From Candidatus Latescibacterota bacterium (lineage in GTDB: Bacteria > Latescibacterota > UBA2968 > UBA8231), in contig CBDETK010000013.1 in the NCBI GenBank assembly GCA_965242865.1, forward strand, positions 5,248,001 to 5,312,000: a DNA stretch of 64,000 nt. Direction: 5' to 3'. Each line of letters starts with the position of its first letter. Position 1 is the stretch's first letter. Position numbers and translations under genes: made by a program. Under the pieces are notes generated by a model, which saw nothing but the letters and a program-made list of their open reading frames with translations, made no database searches and was not told where the DNA came from. Positions 20,143 to 30,266 of the stretch are shown here, one piece after another.

Positions 20143-20220
20143 TGTTGCGGCCGGGTTTCCGATTGGCCACTCCCGCAACAGAACGTCACCCCGTGCTCCG
20201 ACACGAGGCGGGAATCCAGA
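20143..20220. repeat. Intergenic hairpin plus REP-like element
   Basis: tgttgcgg...ccgcaaca stem (20143-20180) followed by gtcaccccgtgctccgacacgaggcgggaatccag, resembling GTCA..-GGCGGGAATCCAG REP-type elements. Confidence 0.35.
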
Positions 20221-20275
20221 AAAGGACCAAGCCGAATCAGAAACTGAAACCCTAATGTTAAGAACGCTTCTAAAG

Positions 20276-20496
20276 TTAATCTCTAACGCTTCGCTCAATC
20301 TCCGCTGCCAACCACCGGAAAGCGGCCAATTTGTACTCGAAAGTTTCTTGGGAGGATGCGGCAGGAGACGCAAGTCGGCGAACTCCGCTTGGATGGGAAT
20401 CACACCGCAGAACTGGCGCAATAGCCAAGTGAGAATCGGTAAGAGGGCGCGATCAGACGATCCATCCGCCACTAGCGTATAGCGCAGTCGCTGCAT
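20276..20496 (-). pseudogene. Internally deleted TOPRIM-like (DUF4276-like) partner of the ABC ATPase
   Basis: N-terminus YTLVADGSSDRALLPILTWLL...PPKKLS joined out of frame to a C-terminus-like KLAAFRWLAAEIERSVRD*. Confidence 0.6.
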
Positions 20497-20511
20497 TCGA
20501 CGCCAATTCCA

Positions 20512-21942
20512 CTATGAAGTAAACGGAAGTAGTTGCCGCATATCGTCCCTATCCACTACCCGCTTCTTTCTTGCTGCTTCTGCATATTTCTTAGGCAACA
20601 CCGGATTCAGATAGGGGAGCAGATCGCCGAGAGCGGCGTCTTCGCTCATGTTGCGCCAAGTGTCGGACAGGCAGAGGAAATGGGCCTTTTTGTAGCAGCG
20701 TCCCTCCGCGTCTAGATCCTCTCTTGCCTTTACGAATACGACGCTCTCGTCCGGGACTTGCTGGAATACTGCGGGCGAGTGGGTATTGACGATCACTTGG
20801 CGCAGGGGGTTGTCCTCCCCAACAGGCTCTTGGGTATCCACCGCAATATCCCTAAGCAGTTGCAGTATGGCCGGAATCCGCGCCGGATGAATGCCGTTTT
20901 CTGGCTCTTCCAAACAAAGCACCCCCTGTATATGCGGGTCGCTCTCCAAGACAGCGAGTGCGAGGAAGCGCAAGGTGCCATCCGACAGGGCGCGGGCTGG
21001 ATGAAAGGTCCCCTCCTCGTTTTTTACATATAAAGTCAATAGCTCCCGTTTCTCATCCGGCTCTATGCGGATATCATGCACACCGTCAATGAGTTCGGCC
21101 AAGCGGTTGGCGATCTGGCTATATACCTTTTGGTCATGGCGACCCAAGCGATACAGCGTAGCCGCCAAATACCGGCCATCGGCTCCTAAGTGCGTAGGAG
21201 CACCAAATTCATCGGGCCTTCTCAGGGCCGAAGGCTCCAGTTGCAGCATCTGCCAAGATTCCATCTCGCGGCGAGCGGCTAACACCGTAGGGCTTTCCGC
21301 TGCATTGGCGATGGAAAGCACCGTGCGCGGCAGGTGATCAGCCGACCGGGGCAAAGGACGACCGCTGCTGCCGCCATCCTGATGTAGCTTTATGACTCTG
21401 TTCTCGCCCTCGCCAGCGGTTGAAATGAAGGGAACAGGGCGCTTGCCGCACACGGCGGATTTGCGCCAGTCCTTTGCGCTGTGGGGAAACAAAAGGTGTT
21501 GGGAGGCGTCGCGTTGGGCGATGGGGACCAATTCTTCTCGGACGATAGCCAGAGCACCTCGCACCAAGCTGTCGTCCGTCTCTCGGTAGGCCAGATCTAG
21601 GGAATAGCGCAAAAACGTAATACTGGCCTCGGCCTCCTGCCCCAAGTCGTCAATGGCCCGCCGAGGGACGATCATCTCGGCCTCAAAGGTTATGCGCTCG
21701 GCATAGTGATCGCCCACGCGGTGGAAAAGGTCGCGCACAGGTGCTGTGCGGCTGTCTTGGTCGCGCACGGCCGCGGCGGCCTCCATAAGCGTACCATTGG
21801 CCAGCGCACTCAGAAACCGAATAGCGTCGAACAGGTTTGACTTACCCACCCCATTCGGCCCAACGACACAGGTAAACGGCCCGAGAGCCAAATCCACCTC
21901 TACCAAATTTTTGAAATTAGAGACTTTTAGGCGGGTCAACAT
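20512..21942 (-). CDS. AAA_21/ABC-type ATPase (defence-associated)
   Basis: NFKNL, GPNGVGKSN, LSDGTLRFLAL, EEPENGIHP, NTHSP. Confidence 0.88.
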   Translation of the reverse strand: MLTRLKVSNFKNLVEVDLALGPFTCVVGPNGVGKSNLFDAIRFLSALANGTLMEAAAAVRDQDSRTAPVRDLFHRVGDHYAERITFEAEMIVPRRAIDDLGQEAEASITFLRYSLDLAYRETDDSLVRGALAIVREELVPIAQRDASQHLLFPHSAKDWRKSAVCGKRPVPFISTAGEGENRVIKLHQDGGSSGRPLPRSADHLPRTVLSIANAAESPTVLAARREMESWQMLQLEPSALRRPDEFGAPTHLGADGRYLAATLYRLGRHDQKVYSQIANRLAELIDGVHDIRIEPDEKRELLTLYVKNEEGTFHPARALSDGTLRFLALAVLESDPHIQGVLCLEEPENGIHPARIPAILQLLRDIAVDTQEPVGEDNPLRQVIVNTHSPAVFQQVPDESVVFVKAREDLDAEGRCYKKAHFLCLSDTWRNMSEDAALGDLLPYLNPVLPKKYAEAARKKRVVDRDDMRQLLPFTS

Positions 21943-22069
21943 AGGTCATCTCCTCATTGGTTCATCCTCGATCTCGCCCGAGGCAGAATGTCCAATAATA
22001 GGCAATTGGCCCTACCGCCGCCTCGTTCTTAGCTTAAACAAATACCCGCACTTAACGATAGGAGCTATC

Positions 22070-22810
22070 ATGGTCGAAACCAACGACATCCAACGCCCCC
22101 CCAAAGACCTCATCGCCGCCCTCGCCTCCATCTCCAGCGCGACTGCGGCCGGCGAACTCGCCCGCTTGGGCATCCGCGACCCCCACATCCAAGGGCCGGT
22201 GGCCCGCACCCCGGGCAAGCACATCGTCGGCCCGGCTCTGACCTTGCAGTTCATGCCGAAGCGCGAAGACCAATACTCGGTGGACGAATACGCCGACCCA
22301 GAAAAGCAGCTCCACCGCCACGCGCTCTACCACACCCAACCCGGCGACATCATCGTCGTCGATGCGCGCGGCGATATGCACAGCGGGGTTTTCGGCGAAA
22401 TGATGCTCACCTTCTTCATGGGGCGCGGCGGCCAAGGCGCGGTCATCGACGGCTGCATCCGCGACTTTCCCAAGGTGCTCGAAGACCTCGACCTCGGGCT
22501 TTGGCTGCGCGGCACCACCCCCAACTTCCACACCCAAACCAACATCTTCCCCTTTGCCGTCAACGTGCCCATCGCCTGCGGCGACACCTTAGTTATGCCC
22601 GGCGACATCATCGTCGCCGACGACGACGGCGCCACCGTCGTCCCGGCCCAGCTCGCCCCCGAATTGACCGAAAAGGCCCAAGCCCACGCCGAGTGGGAGG
22701 ACTTTAGCCGCATGAAGCTGGCCGAGGGGGGGCACCTACGCAAGTACTACCCCCTCAGCGAAGAGGCCCGCGCCGAATACGAAGCGTGGCGGGCAGAACA
22801 GGAACAATAG
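22070..22810 (+). CDS. RraA/HMG-aldolase family protein
   Basis: VGPALTL, GDIIVVDA, GVFGEMM, DGCIRD, PGDIIVADDDG; start ATG 22070 after GGAG. Confidence 0.88.
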   Translation: MVETNDIQRPPKDLIAALASISSATAAGELARLGIRDPHIQGPVARTPGKHIVGPALTLQFMPKREDQYSVDEYADPEKQLHRHALYHTQPGDIIVVDARGDMHSGVFGEMMLTFFMGRGGQGAVIDGCIRDFPKVLEDLDLGLWLRGTTPNFHTQTNIFPFAVNVPIACGDTLVMPGDIIVADDDGATVVPAQLAPELTEKAQAHAEWEDFSRMKLAEGGHLRKYYPLSEEARAEYEAWRAEQEQ

Positions 22811-22811
22811 C

Positions 22812-24596
22812 ATGGCTCCGCGTCCCAACATCGTCTTCGTCCTCACCGACGACCAAGGCTACGGCGACTTGGGTTGCCACGACAACAGTGCCATCCGCAC
22901 GCCCTGCCTCGACCGCTTCCACCGCGACGCCGTGCGCTTCACCGATTACCACGTCGGCTCCACCTGCGCCCCCACCCGCGCCGGCCTGCTCACCGGGCAC
23001 TACTGCAATAGCGCGGGCGTTTGGCACACCATCGGCGGACGCTCCCTGTTGCGTAGCGACGAGTGGACTCTCGCGGACGCGCTCGCGGGCGTTGGCTACC
23101 GCACCGGCCACTTCGGCAAGTGGCACCTCGGCGACAGCCCCCCGTACCGTCCGCACGAGCGCGGCTTCGCCGAATCCGTTTTTCACGCGGGCGGCGGCAT
23201 CGGCAACACCGGCGACGCTTGGGGCAACGACTACTTTGACGACACCTATTTCAAAAACGGCGTCCCCACGCGGTACGAGGGCTACTGCACGGACGTGTTC
23301 TTCCGCGAGGGCCGGCGCTTTATCCAAGAAAACGCCGACCGGCCCTTTTTCTGCTACATCGCCACCAACGCGCCGCACGGGCCGCTCAACGTCGAGCCGC
23401 GCTACGTCGAGCCATACCGCGACAGCACCCCGCACGAAGCCCGCGCCCGGTTCTACGGCATGATCACCAACATCGACGAAAACTTTGGCCGCTTGCAAGA
23501 CGCCCTCGACGAGCTGGGAATCGCCGATAATACCATCCTGATCTTTATGACCGACAACGGCACGGCCACGGGCGTCGAATTAGACGCTGATCAATTCCCC
23601 CGCGAAGGGCCGGGGAGCTACAACGCTGGCATGCGCGGCAAAAAAGGCTCCCCGTACGAAGGCGGGCACCGCGTACCCTTTCTCATCCGCTACCCCAACG
23701 GGCACATTGCCGGCGGCCGCGACATTGACGCGCTGACCAGCTACGTGGATTTCATGCCGACCCTGCTCGACTTGTGCGAGGTGGAAGTCCCGGCCGGCCG
23801 CACCTTCCACGGCCAGAGCCTAGGGCCGCTGCTGCGCGGCGCGGACGACGCAGCTTGGGCCGAGCGCGTCCACGTCTGCGACACCCAGCGCGTGGCCGCT
23901 CCGGTCAAGTGGCGCAAGAGCGCGGTGATGAAGGGCAAGTGGCGGCTCATCGATGGCCGTGCGCTCTACGATCTCGGCACCGACCCCGGCCAGCGGCTAG
24001 ATGTGGCCGCGGCGCATCCCGCAATCGTCGCCGACCTGCGCGCCGCGTACGATGACTGGTGGACGCTGGTGTCCGCCCAGTTCGACCGCGACGAACCCAT
24101 AGCTTTGGGCGGGGACGACCAATCGGTCAAGCTCACCACCCACGACATCCGCAATGAGGCCTGCAGTGCTGTCTGGAATCAGCGGCAAGTCCGCGCCGGG
24201 CAGGTCGCGAGTGGTTTTTGGGCCGTTGAGGTCAAAGAGGCGGGCCGCTACCAAATCGAGCTGCGGCGCTGGCCCGAGGAAACCGGCTACGCGCTAGCAG
24301 CGGGCATTGAGGGCGACGACAGCGGCTGGTATCGCGCCGGCATCCAGCCCAAGGAGGCCCCGGCCTACGAGGGGGGAGTCGCCCTCGCGCTCGGCTGGGC
24401 GCAGCTAACCATCGGCGGCCAGAATCTCCAGCGCGAAGTCGATCCCGACGCGCCGAGTGCCTGTTTTGAGCTCGATCTGGCCGCTGGCCCCGGCCGGCTC
24501 TACGCCTCGTTCTACGACCACGCCGAGCGGACCATCGCCCCGTATTACGTGTACGTGCAGCGGCTGAAAGGGGCACCATGCGCATCGGCATCGTAG
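22812..24596 (+). CDS. Arylsulfatase
   Basis: PNIVFVLTDDQGYGD, CAPTRAGLLTG (CxPxR), GKWHLG, TDNG, YEGGHRVP. Confidence 0.95.
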   Translation: MAPRPNIVFVLTDDQGYGDLGCHDNSAIRTPCLDRFHRDAVRFTDYHVGSTCAPTRAGLLTGHYCNSAGVWHTIGGRSLLRSDEWTLADALAGVGYRTGHFGKWHLGDSPPYRPHERGFAESVFHAGGGIGNTGDAWGNDYFDDTYFKNGVPTRYEGYCTDVFFREGRRFIQENADRPFFCYIATNAPHGPLNVEPRYVEPYRDSTPHEARARFYGMITNIDENFGRLQDALDELGIADNTILIFMTDNGTATGVELDADQFPREGPGSYNAGMRGKKGSPYEGGHRVPFLIRYPNGHIAGGRDIDALTSYVDFMPTLLDLCEVEVPAGRTFHGQSLGPLLRGADDAAWAERVHVCDTQRVAAPVKWRKSAVMKGKWRLIDGRALYDLGTDPGQRLDVAAAHPAIVADLRAAYDDWWTLVSAQFDRDEPIALGGDDQSVKLTTHDIRNEACSAVWNQRQVRAGQVASGFWAVEVKEAGRYQIELRRWPEETGYALAAGIEGDDSGWYRAGIQPKEAPAYEGGVALALGWAQLTIGGQNLQREVDPDAPSACFELDLAAGPGRLYASFYDHAERTIAPYYVYVQRLKGAPCASAS

Positions 24597-25579
24597 GCAT
24601 CCACTATGGGCACATCGGCGGCATGATCCAATCCGCCTTGCAGGCCGCAAACGGCCAGATCGTCGGCTTGGTCGAAAACGACGACGCGCTCTGTGCGCGC
24701 TACGCCTCCATCCCCCGCTTTGCCACCGTGGACGACCTGATCGACCGCGCCCGGCCCGAGCTAATCCTCGAAGGCTTGATTCACCCCGAGAAAACCGCGC
24801 TCGTAGAAACCTGCGCCCGCGCCGGCATTCACCTGCTCCTCGACAAACCCCTGTGCCGCACGCTCAGCGACTGGGAGCGCATGCGCCGCGCGGTCGCGGC
24901 CAACCCGATCCACGTATCCATGTGGTTCACTTCGCGCAGCTACCCGCCGTTCATCGCCCTGCGCCAAGCCATCCTCGACGGTGCCCTCGGGACCATCGCC
25001 AGCCTCATTTCCACGCACCCGCACAAGCTCAACCGCGCCACCGCTCCGGCTTGGTATTTCGATCCCAACCAGTACACAGGTGCGTTCCACGACCTCGCGT
25101 GTCACGGCGTCGATCAAATCCGCTGGCTCACCGGCACCGAATGCGTGGGCGTCCACGCCCTCGCCACCTGCAAGCGGTTTGCGGCTGAGCCGCGCTTAGA
25201 CGACCACGTACAGGCTTCCTTTGAGCTAGCCGACGGCGCGTTGGCGACCCTCACCGCCGACTGGCTCACGCCCCGAGCCGCGCCCTCGTTTGGCGACACC
25301 CGCTTCATCATCATGGGCACGGCTGGCTCGGCCCACCTGCGCGCCTATGCCGACGACCACCTGCTCATCGCTACCGACGACCGCCCCCCGTACGCGCCCG
25401 AGTTGCCCGCCGACCAAAGCGGCGCGTTCGTCGCCAACCTGATCGACGCCATTGAACGCGGCACCGCCCCGTTCATCCCCACCCGCTCGGTGTTCGCCAC
25501 CGCCCAAGCCTGCTTGCTGGCCCAAGAGTCGGCCCGGCAGGGGGGCGCGTTCCTCCGCATTCCGCCGTTTGAGCTATGA
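24578..25579 (+). CDS. Gfo/Idh/MocA oxidoreductase
   Basis: MRIGIVG, HLLLDKP, GAFHDLACHGVD. Confidence 0.88.
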   Translation: MRIGIVGIHYGHIGGMIQSALQAANGQIVGLVENDDALCARYASIPRFATVDDLIDRARPELILEGLIHPEKTALVETCARAGIHLLLDKPLCRTLSDWERMRRAVAANPIHVSMWFTSRSYPPFIALRQAILDGALGTIASLISTHPHKLNRATAPAWYFDPNQYTGAFHDLACHGVDQIRWLTGTECVGVHALATCKRFAAEPRLDDHVQASFELADGALATLTADWLTPRAAPSFGDTRFIIMGTAGSAHLRAYADDHLLIATDDRPPYAPELPADQSGAFVANLIDAIERGTAPFIPTRSVFATAQACLLAQESARQGGAFLRIPPFEL

Positions 25580-25670
25580 ATACGCGGTGGGCTTTGCCGG
25601 ACACGGGAAACTACGTAGCTAGATCGTTTTTCGATAATCACCAAACGTTCTAACCGCAAGAGGTATCGTT

Positions 25671-25943
25671 ATGCACGTAAAAGTTTTCAAAGCACGAACG
25701 CCTCAAGTACCAGGTACATTCACCTTTCTCGTCATTCCCATAGAGAAAGACGCGGATAGTGTTCCGGCCAACATTCGCAACAAGCTCGGGGAACTCGTGG
25801 AATTTAAGCATCTTGACATCAGGCCTGGGGAGAAGCGGATTGGGGCGAACGTTGATAAAATTCTGAGACAAATTTATAAAAACGGCTATGCTATCCAGCG
25901 AACCGAAGTGAATATCCGGGAATACGCTATGGGCGACACCTGA
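25671..25943 (+). CDS. Small YcgL-like protein
   Basis: VP..I...LG......LD....KR...NVDKIL.QI...GY.IQ pattern recalls YcgL; AT-richer than neighbours; RBS-like GAGG. Confidence 0.5.
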   Translation: MHVKVFKARTPQVPGTFTFLVIPIEKDADSVPANIRNKLGELVEFKHLDIRPGEKRIGANVDKILRQIYKNGYAIQRTEVNIREYAMGDT

Positions 25944-25962
25944 TACCGGAGCCAAAAACGCC

Positions 25963-26337
25963 GTGTCCACCGCACTCATCGACCCAAAAAAGCACCGCCA
26001 GCTCTTCCTCGACAGCCGCGCCTTAGTCGCCGAGCAAGGCACCACCCGCACCCTGCACCCGCCCAAAAGGTGCGGCCCTCTCATCACCGACCGCATCCAA
26101 AGCCGCAGTGCGCCCTTGTGGAACCCGGACGAGGTGCGCTACGAGTGGTGGTACAACGGCCCGCCGGTCCGCTTGGCCATCTCTGGCGATGGCGAGCACT
26201 GGGAACAGCCCTCTCTCGGGCTTTACGAGTGGAACGGCAGCAAAGACAACAACATCGCCTGCGACCCCAACGGCCCAAGCCTGTACCACATCGTCCGCGA
26301 TGAGTGCTGCTCCGTGCAAGTTGTGGCGGCAAGGTAA
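25963..26337 (+). pseudogene. 3'-truncated beta-propeller (GH32/43-like) hypothetical protein
   Basis: RQLFLD...AISGDGEHWEQPSLGLYEWNGSKDNNI parallels AESADGFCWQRPALHLQAYGGRTANNL of the 488-aa protein at 62214; coding-like sequence ends near 26303. Confidence 0.6.
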
Positions 26338-26366
26338 CGCTCGGCCCTCGACGGTAACAGGTTCGG

Positions 26367-26621
26367 CTACCCCGCAAACACCTTGATCGCTATCGTCAAG
26401 AGCAAGCCCATCGTCGTCACCCACATGCCTATCATCGTGCCGACTAGCCAGCGAAAGTCCCGCCGGTGGCTGCTCTCCAAGCGGCTCATGCGAGCCTCTA
26501 AGCTGTCCTTGAAGCTAGTCATGCGAGCCTCCAAGTTGCCGAGGCGGTCGTTGATCTGCTCAATGATTCCTTCTAGGCGGCCAATGCGGTCGCCGTAGTC
26601 AAAGGGGGAACGTTCTGCCAT
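26367..26621 (-). CDS. Small coiled-coil protein with C-terminal TM (DUF1640/CCDC90-like)
   Basis: LEARM repeated at 11-aa spacing, FRWLVG followed by a hydrophobic helix; AGGAG RBS. Confidence 0.65.
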   Translation of the reverse strand: MAERSPFDYGDRIGRLEGIIEQINDRLGNLEARMTSFKDSLEARMSRLESSHRRDFRWLVGTMIGMWVTTMGLLLTIAIKVFAG

Positions 26622-26706
26622 GCCTGCCATCTCCTGCTCGATAGATTCAATATACTCGCCGACGGATACCTCTCCAAAAGCAAAATGCGGGCCAGCAGCC
26701 TTATCT

Positions 26707-28659
26707 TTAGCGCACCAACGTCATCTTCCCGGTCCGCACCTCGCCCATAGTGGCCAAGCGATACAAGTACACGCCGCTGGCCACGGCCCGCCCGGCAGCG
26801 TCGCGCCCGTCCCAGCGCGCCTCGTGCCACCCCGGGGCAGCCACGCCCTGCACGAGGGTCCGCACCGGCTGGCCGTTTAGGGCATAGACCGCTAAATGCA
26901 CCGGCGCGGACGCGGGGAGCGCGTAGCCAATCGCGGTCGCCGCGTTGAACGGGTTGGGGTAATTGGCGGCCAACGCCAAGGCGACCGGCTGGGACGCGGC
27001 TGCGGGGCGCACGGCCGTCGGCGTCGGCCCCACAATCCGCAGCTCGTCGAACCAGAACTGGACCCCGTCTAACGAATGGTGCTCGGCCACGATGTCGAAG
27101 CGGTCGACCGCCTGCCAGTCGAACGCGCCCACCGGCTCGAACCACTCGCGTTCCCAAGCTCCGTGCTCGGCGAGGTCGCGCAAGGGGATGCGCACCGCGT
27201 GCCACGCGCCATCCCACGGCGCGACTTGCTCGTCTAGGGTGTAGCGCACGCGCCACGGGCGGTCGTCCGGGTCGGACGTATCCGTATCGACCAAGCGAAT
27301 GTCAAACGACGCCCCGGGCGTATCTCCCCGCACCCAGAACTCAATCGCATAGCCCGTTGCGGTCAACGCGGACAGGTCCTTGAACGGCTTGAAGTCGAAG
27401 CCAATGAACCCATAGAGCGGCGCCCCGGTCCAGCGAATGCAGTAGCGGCCCACCGCAGGCGTCGCCTCGGCGTAGTAATCAACCGCGCCCGGCCCAAGGT
27501 GGTTGGACTCAACGAGGTGCGGGCCGAGGAAATCGTCGTAGAGCACAAACCCCTGCTGGGCTGGCTCGACGACAAAATCCCGTTGCGGTGGCACGGTCAG
27601 GCCCAACGCCTCCAACAGCGGCACGTTTAGGTCAAATTCAAACAACTCGCTCGACCCGCGCTCGAACAACCCAAAACCGCCGCGGTAATCCCACGTGGTC
27701 CACGCAATGCCGCGGGCCTCCAAGTGCTGCCGCACCCCCTCGTACCACGAGACGCGGTCGCCGGGGTCGCTATTGGGGCTGTACACCCCAAATTCCCCAC
27801 AAAACAGGGGCACGCCGCGATCCTTGCCAAAGGCCGCGGCCTCGTCGATTAGCAGGCGCACCTGCGCGATGGTGCCCTCTTGGCTGTAATTGCCCAGTGC
27901 TTGGCCGACCCAAGTGCCCAGCAAGGACGGGGGCAACGCCGGCATGCGCGCCCGGTCGTAGGGAAAGGGCACGCCGCGCAGCGGGACCAAGGAGGGATCG
28001 ACCCAGCCCGCGCCTTGGTGGGTAAAGACAAAAGGCTCGTAAAAGTGAAACGTGTACACGAGGTTGTCGTCGGCAAAGACCGGCATCTGGTGCAGGTTGC
28101 GGAAGCTGTTCCAGTTGGCCGGGCCAACCACGATCGCGTGTTGCCGATCCACCTGCCGGATCGCGTCGATCACCTGCTGCTGGATCGCGTTCCACGCCGC
28201 GTCGCTGATGCCGTGCGGCTCGTTGAGGATCTCGTAGTAAAGCTGGGCTGGATGCGCGGCAAAGTGGGCGGCGAGTTGGGTCCACACCGGCACTAAGACC
28301 TCGCCGATGTCCGGGGCCGTGCTCACGGCCGGGTCAAACGCGTGGTTGTCCAAGATCAGCTGTAGCCCCAACTCGCTGGCCCAATCTGCGATTTGCTCGA
28401 GAAAAACGTAGAGCAAGGGGTCGATGCGGTAGTCTGGCGGGCCGCTGGTCATGGCATGCAGATTGATCGGCAGGCGCACCACGTCGCAACCGAGTTGTTG
28501 GATCTGCGCCAAGTCGGCGCGGCCAAACTTGGCAAAGTGGACGCTCTGCACACTCGACGCTTGCAGCCAATTGGTCAGGTTGACGCCCCGGCTAAATGGC
28601 GTCTCAGCACCCCCCGCCGCAATGGGCCACCCCAAAAGCAGGAGCCAAATTTTTCGCAT
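26707..28659 (-). CDS. Secreted GH5 glycoside hydrolase with CBM-like domain and FlgD-Ig/CTD tail
   Basis: Signal peptide; RGVNL, VRLPI, YEILNEP (acid/base), FHFYEP, CGEFG (nucleophile); NYPNPFN...WDGRD...ASGVYLYRL tail. Confidence 0.92.
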   Translation of the reverse strand: MRKIWLLLLGWPIAAGGAETPFSRGVNLTNWLQASSVQSVHFAKFGRADLAQIQQLGCDVVRLPINLHAMTSGPPDYRIDPLLYVFLEQIADWASELGLQLILDNHAFDPAVSTAPDIGEVLVPVWTQLAAHFAAHPAQLYYEILNEPHGISDAAWNAIQQQVIDAIRQVDRQHAIVVGPANWNSFRNLHQMPVFADDNLVYTFHFYEPFVFTHQGAGWVDPSLVPLRGVPFPYDRARMPALPPSLLGTWVGQALGNYSQEGTIAQVRLLIDEAAAFGKDRGVPLFCGEFGVYSPNSDPGDRVSWYEGVRQHLEARGIAWTTWDYRGGFGLFERGSSELFEFDLNVPLLEALGLTVPPQRDFVVEPAQQGFVLYDDFLGPHLVESNHLGPGAVDYYAEATPAVGRYCIRWTGAPLYGFIGFDFKPFKDLSALTATGYAIEFWVRGDTPGASFDIRLVDTDTSDPDDRPWRVRYTLDEQVAPWDGAWHAVRIPLRDLAEHGAWEREWFEPVGAFDWQAVDRFDIVAEHHSLDGVQFWFDELRIVGPTPTAVRPAAASQPVALALAANYPNPFNAATAIGYALPASAPVHLAVYALNGQPVRTLVQGVAAPGWHEARWDGRDAAGRAVASGVYLYRLATMGEVRTGKMTLVR

Positions 28660-28761
28660 GATCCAATCCTCCGTTTCGCGCTCCGCCTATCATCGCTTTT
28701 TTGCGCCCAAAGTCAAGGAGCCGTACCTTCCCCCGACCTTTGATCGCATAGGAGCCGCGCC

Positions 28762-30021
28762 ATGCAAATCACCACCATCGAAGTCATTCCCTTGCGCCTT
28801 CCCTACGAGGAGCGCATCCGCAAAGCGTTCTACCACTTCGGCATGACCGAAGAGCTGACCGTGTACAAATTCCACACCGACACCGGGCTGGTAGGCTTGG
28901 GGGAAAACCCCGGGCCGCCCTTTGAGCAGCGCGTGCTCGACGCCTATCTCGGCACCCATCCCTTTGACCACGTCATGGGCACCGGGCGCTTCAACCTCGA
29001 CATGGCCTGTTACGACCTGATGGGCCAACACCTCGGGCTGCCGGCGCACAAGCTGATGGGCCAACAGCGGCGGGAGTGGGTGAGCATGGGGTGGTGGATG
29101 CCCTGCATGTCGCCCGAGGACTCGGCCGCTGAGGTGCGCGAAGCGGCCGCGTGCGGCTATCGCGGGCTGAAGTGCAAGGCCCGCGCCTTTTACGACGTGG
29201 TCGAGCAAGCCCACGCCATGCAGGAGGCGGCCCCGCCCGACTTCCGCCTTGAATTCGACTTCAACGGCGCGCTCGTCAACGTCGAAAGAGCCTTGCCCAT
29301 CCTGCGCCAGCTAGAGCAGGTCCCCATCGTCAAAGGAATCGAAGAGCCGATCTTCGCCTACGACCTCGCAGGCTGGCGACGCCTCCGCCAACAGATCCGC
29401 ATTCCCTTCTATCTCCACGGCGTCAGCACGATTTTCGACGGCCCTTCGCGCCAGCCTTCGGGCCCTTGGCTCGGGCTGCGTGCCGGCGATTTCGACGGCG
29501 CGCTCTGTAGCCACGAGACCATCCGCAACGCGCTGGCCGCTTCTTGGGCCTTTGCCGCGGCCAATACCCCGATTCTCTTGCAATACGTCGGCACCGGCAT
29601 CACCGCGGCCTTCGCCTGCCACCTCGGCGCGGTCATGCACACGGCCACCCTGCCGGGCGTAACGGCCCATCACACCTACGCAGACGACCTGATCGTCGAG
29701 CCGCATCCCGTCCAACGCGGCTTTATGCAGGTGCCCACCGGCCCGGGCTTGGGGGTCGAGCTAGACGAGGACGCGATCGCGCGCTACCGCGATGTGCCCG
29801 CGCCGCCGTGGCCGCGCCACTTCTCGGTCGTAACCCTCCCCGGCGGCCTCAAACACTACTACCGCGACCTGCGCCAAGCCGAGTGCCTCATGAAACAAGG
29901 CGTTGACGAAGCCTTCGCCCCGGGCGTCCGCCTCACCGAGCGCGAAGACGATGGCAGCGCAGCCTTCGACCAGCTCTGGCGCACCCTCCAAGACCGCGAC
30001 TGGCCCATCTGGCGCCAGTAG
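28762..30021 (+). CDS. Mandelate racemase/muconate lactonizing enzyme family protein
   Basis: TDTGLVGLGE, DMACYDLMG, KCK, DFN, IEEP, PTGPGLGVELD. Confidence 0.88.
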   Translation: MQITTIEVIPLRLPYEERIRKAFYHFGMTEELTVYKFHTDTGLVGLGENPGPPFEQRVLDAYLGTHPFDHVMGTGRFNLDMACYDLMGQHLGLPAHKLMGQQRREWVSMGWWMPCMSPEDSAAEVREAAACGYRGLKCKARAFYDVVEQAHAMQEAAPPDFRLEFDFNGALVNVERALPILRQLEQVPIVKGIEEPIFAYDLAGWRRLRQQIRIPFYLHGVSTIFDGPSRQPSGPWLGLRAGDFDGALCSHETIRNALAASWAFAAANTPILLQYVGTGITAAFACHLGAVMHTATLPGVTAHHTYADDLIVEPHPVQRGFMQVPTGPGLGVELDEDAIARYRDVPAPPWPRHFSVVTLPGGLKHYYRDLRQAECLMKQGVDEAFAPGVRLTEREDDGSAAFDQLWRTLQDRDWPIWRQ

Positions 30022-30027
30022 TGATTG

Positions 30028-30209
30028 GCCCCCGTGCCAATCAGCCCCCGTGCCAATCAGCCCCCGTGCCAATCAGCCCCCGTGCCAATCAGCCCCTGTG
30101 CCAATCAGCCCCCGTGCCAATCAGCCCCCGTGCCAATCAGCCCCTGTGCCAATCAGCCCCCGTGCCAATCAGCCCCTGTGCCAATCACCCGCCGTGCCAA
30201 TCACCCGCC
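30028..30209 (+). repeat. 16-bp tandem repeat, 11 units plus partial
   Basis: Unit gcccc(c/t)gtgccaatca counted at 30028, 30044 ... 30188; preceded by the inverted arm tgattggc (30022-30029). Confidence 0.97.
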
Positions 30210-30266
30210 TCATCCTCCCATCGTCGAGGAGAAACCCAAGGTCCATTCCGCCGAGGAGCTTCCGCA

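Noticed and set aside
26367-26385. Shared cgcaaacacctt with 62227-62238
   Set aside because: 12-bp match between unrelated gene ends (both encode KVFA); compatible with chance.
30028-30209. Possible CRISPR array
   Set aside because: Units are contiguous 16-mers with no spacers; no cas genes in the window.
30021-30266. 82-aa repetitive N-terminal extension as the true start of the AAA protein
   Set aside because: Family-typical start MRFFNT with GAGGAG RBS is at 30267; the extension is translated repeat (kept only as a hypothesis in findings).
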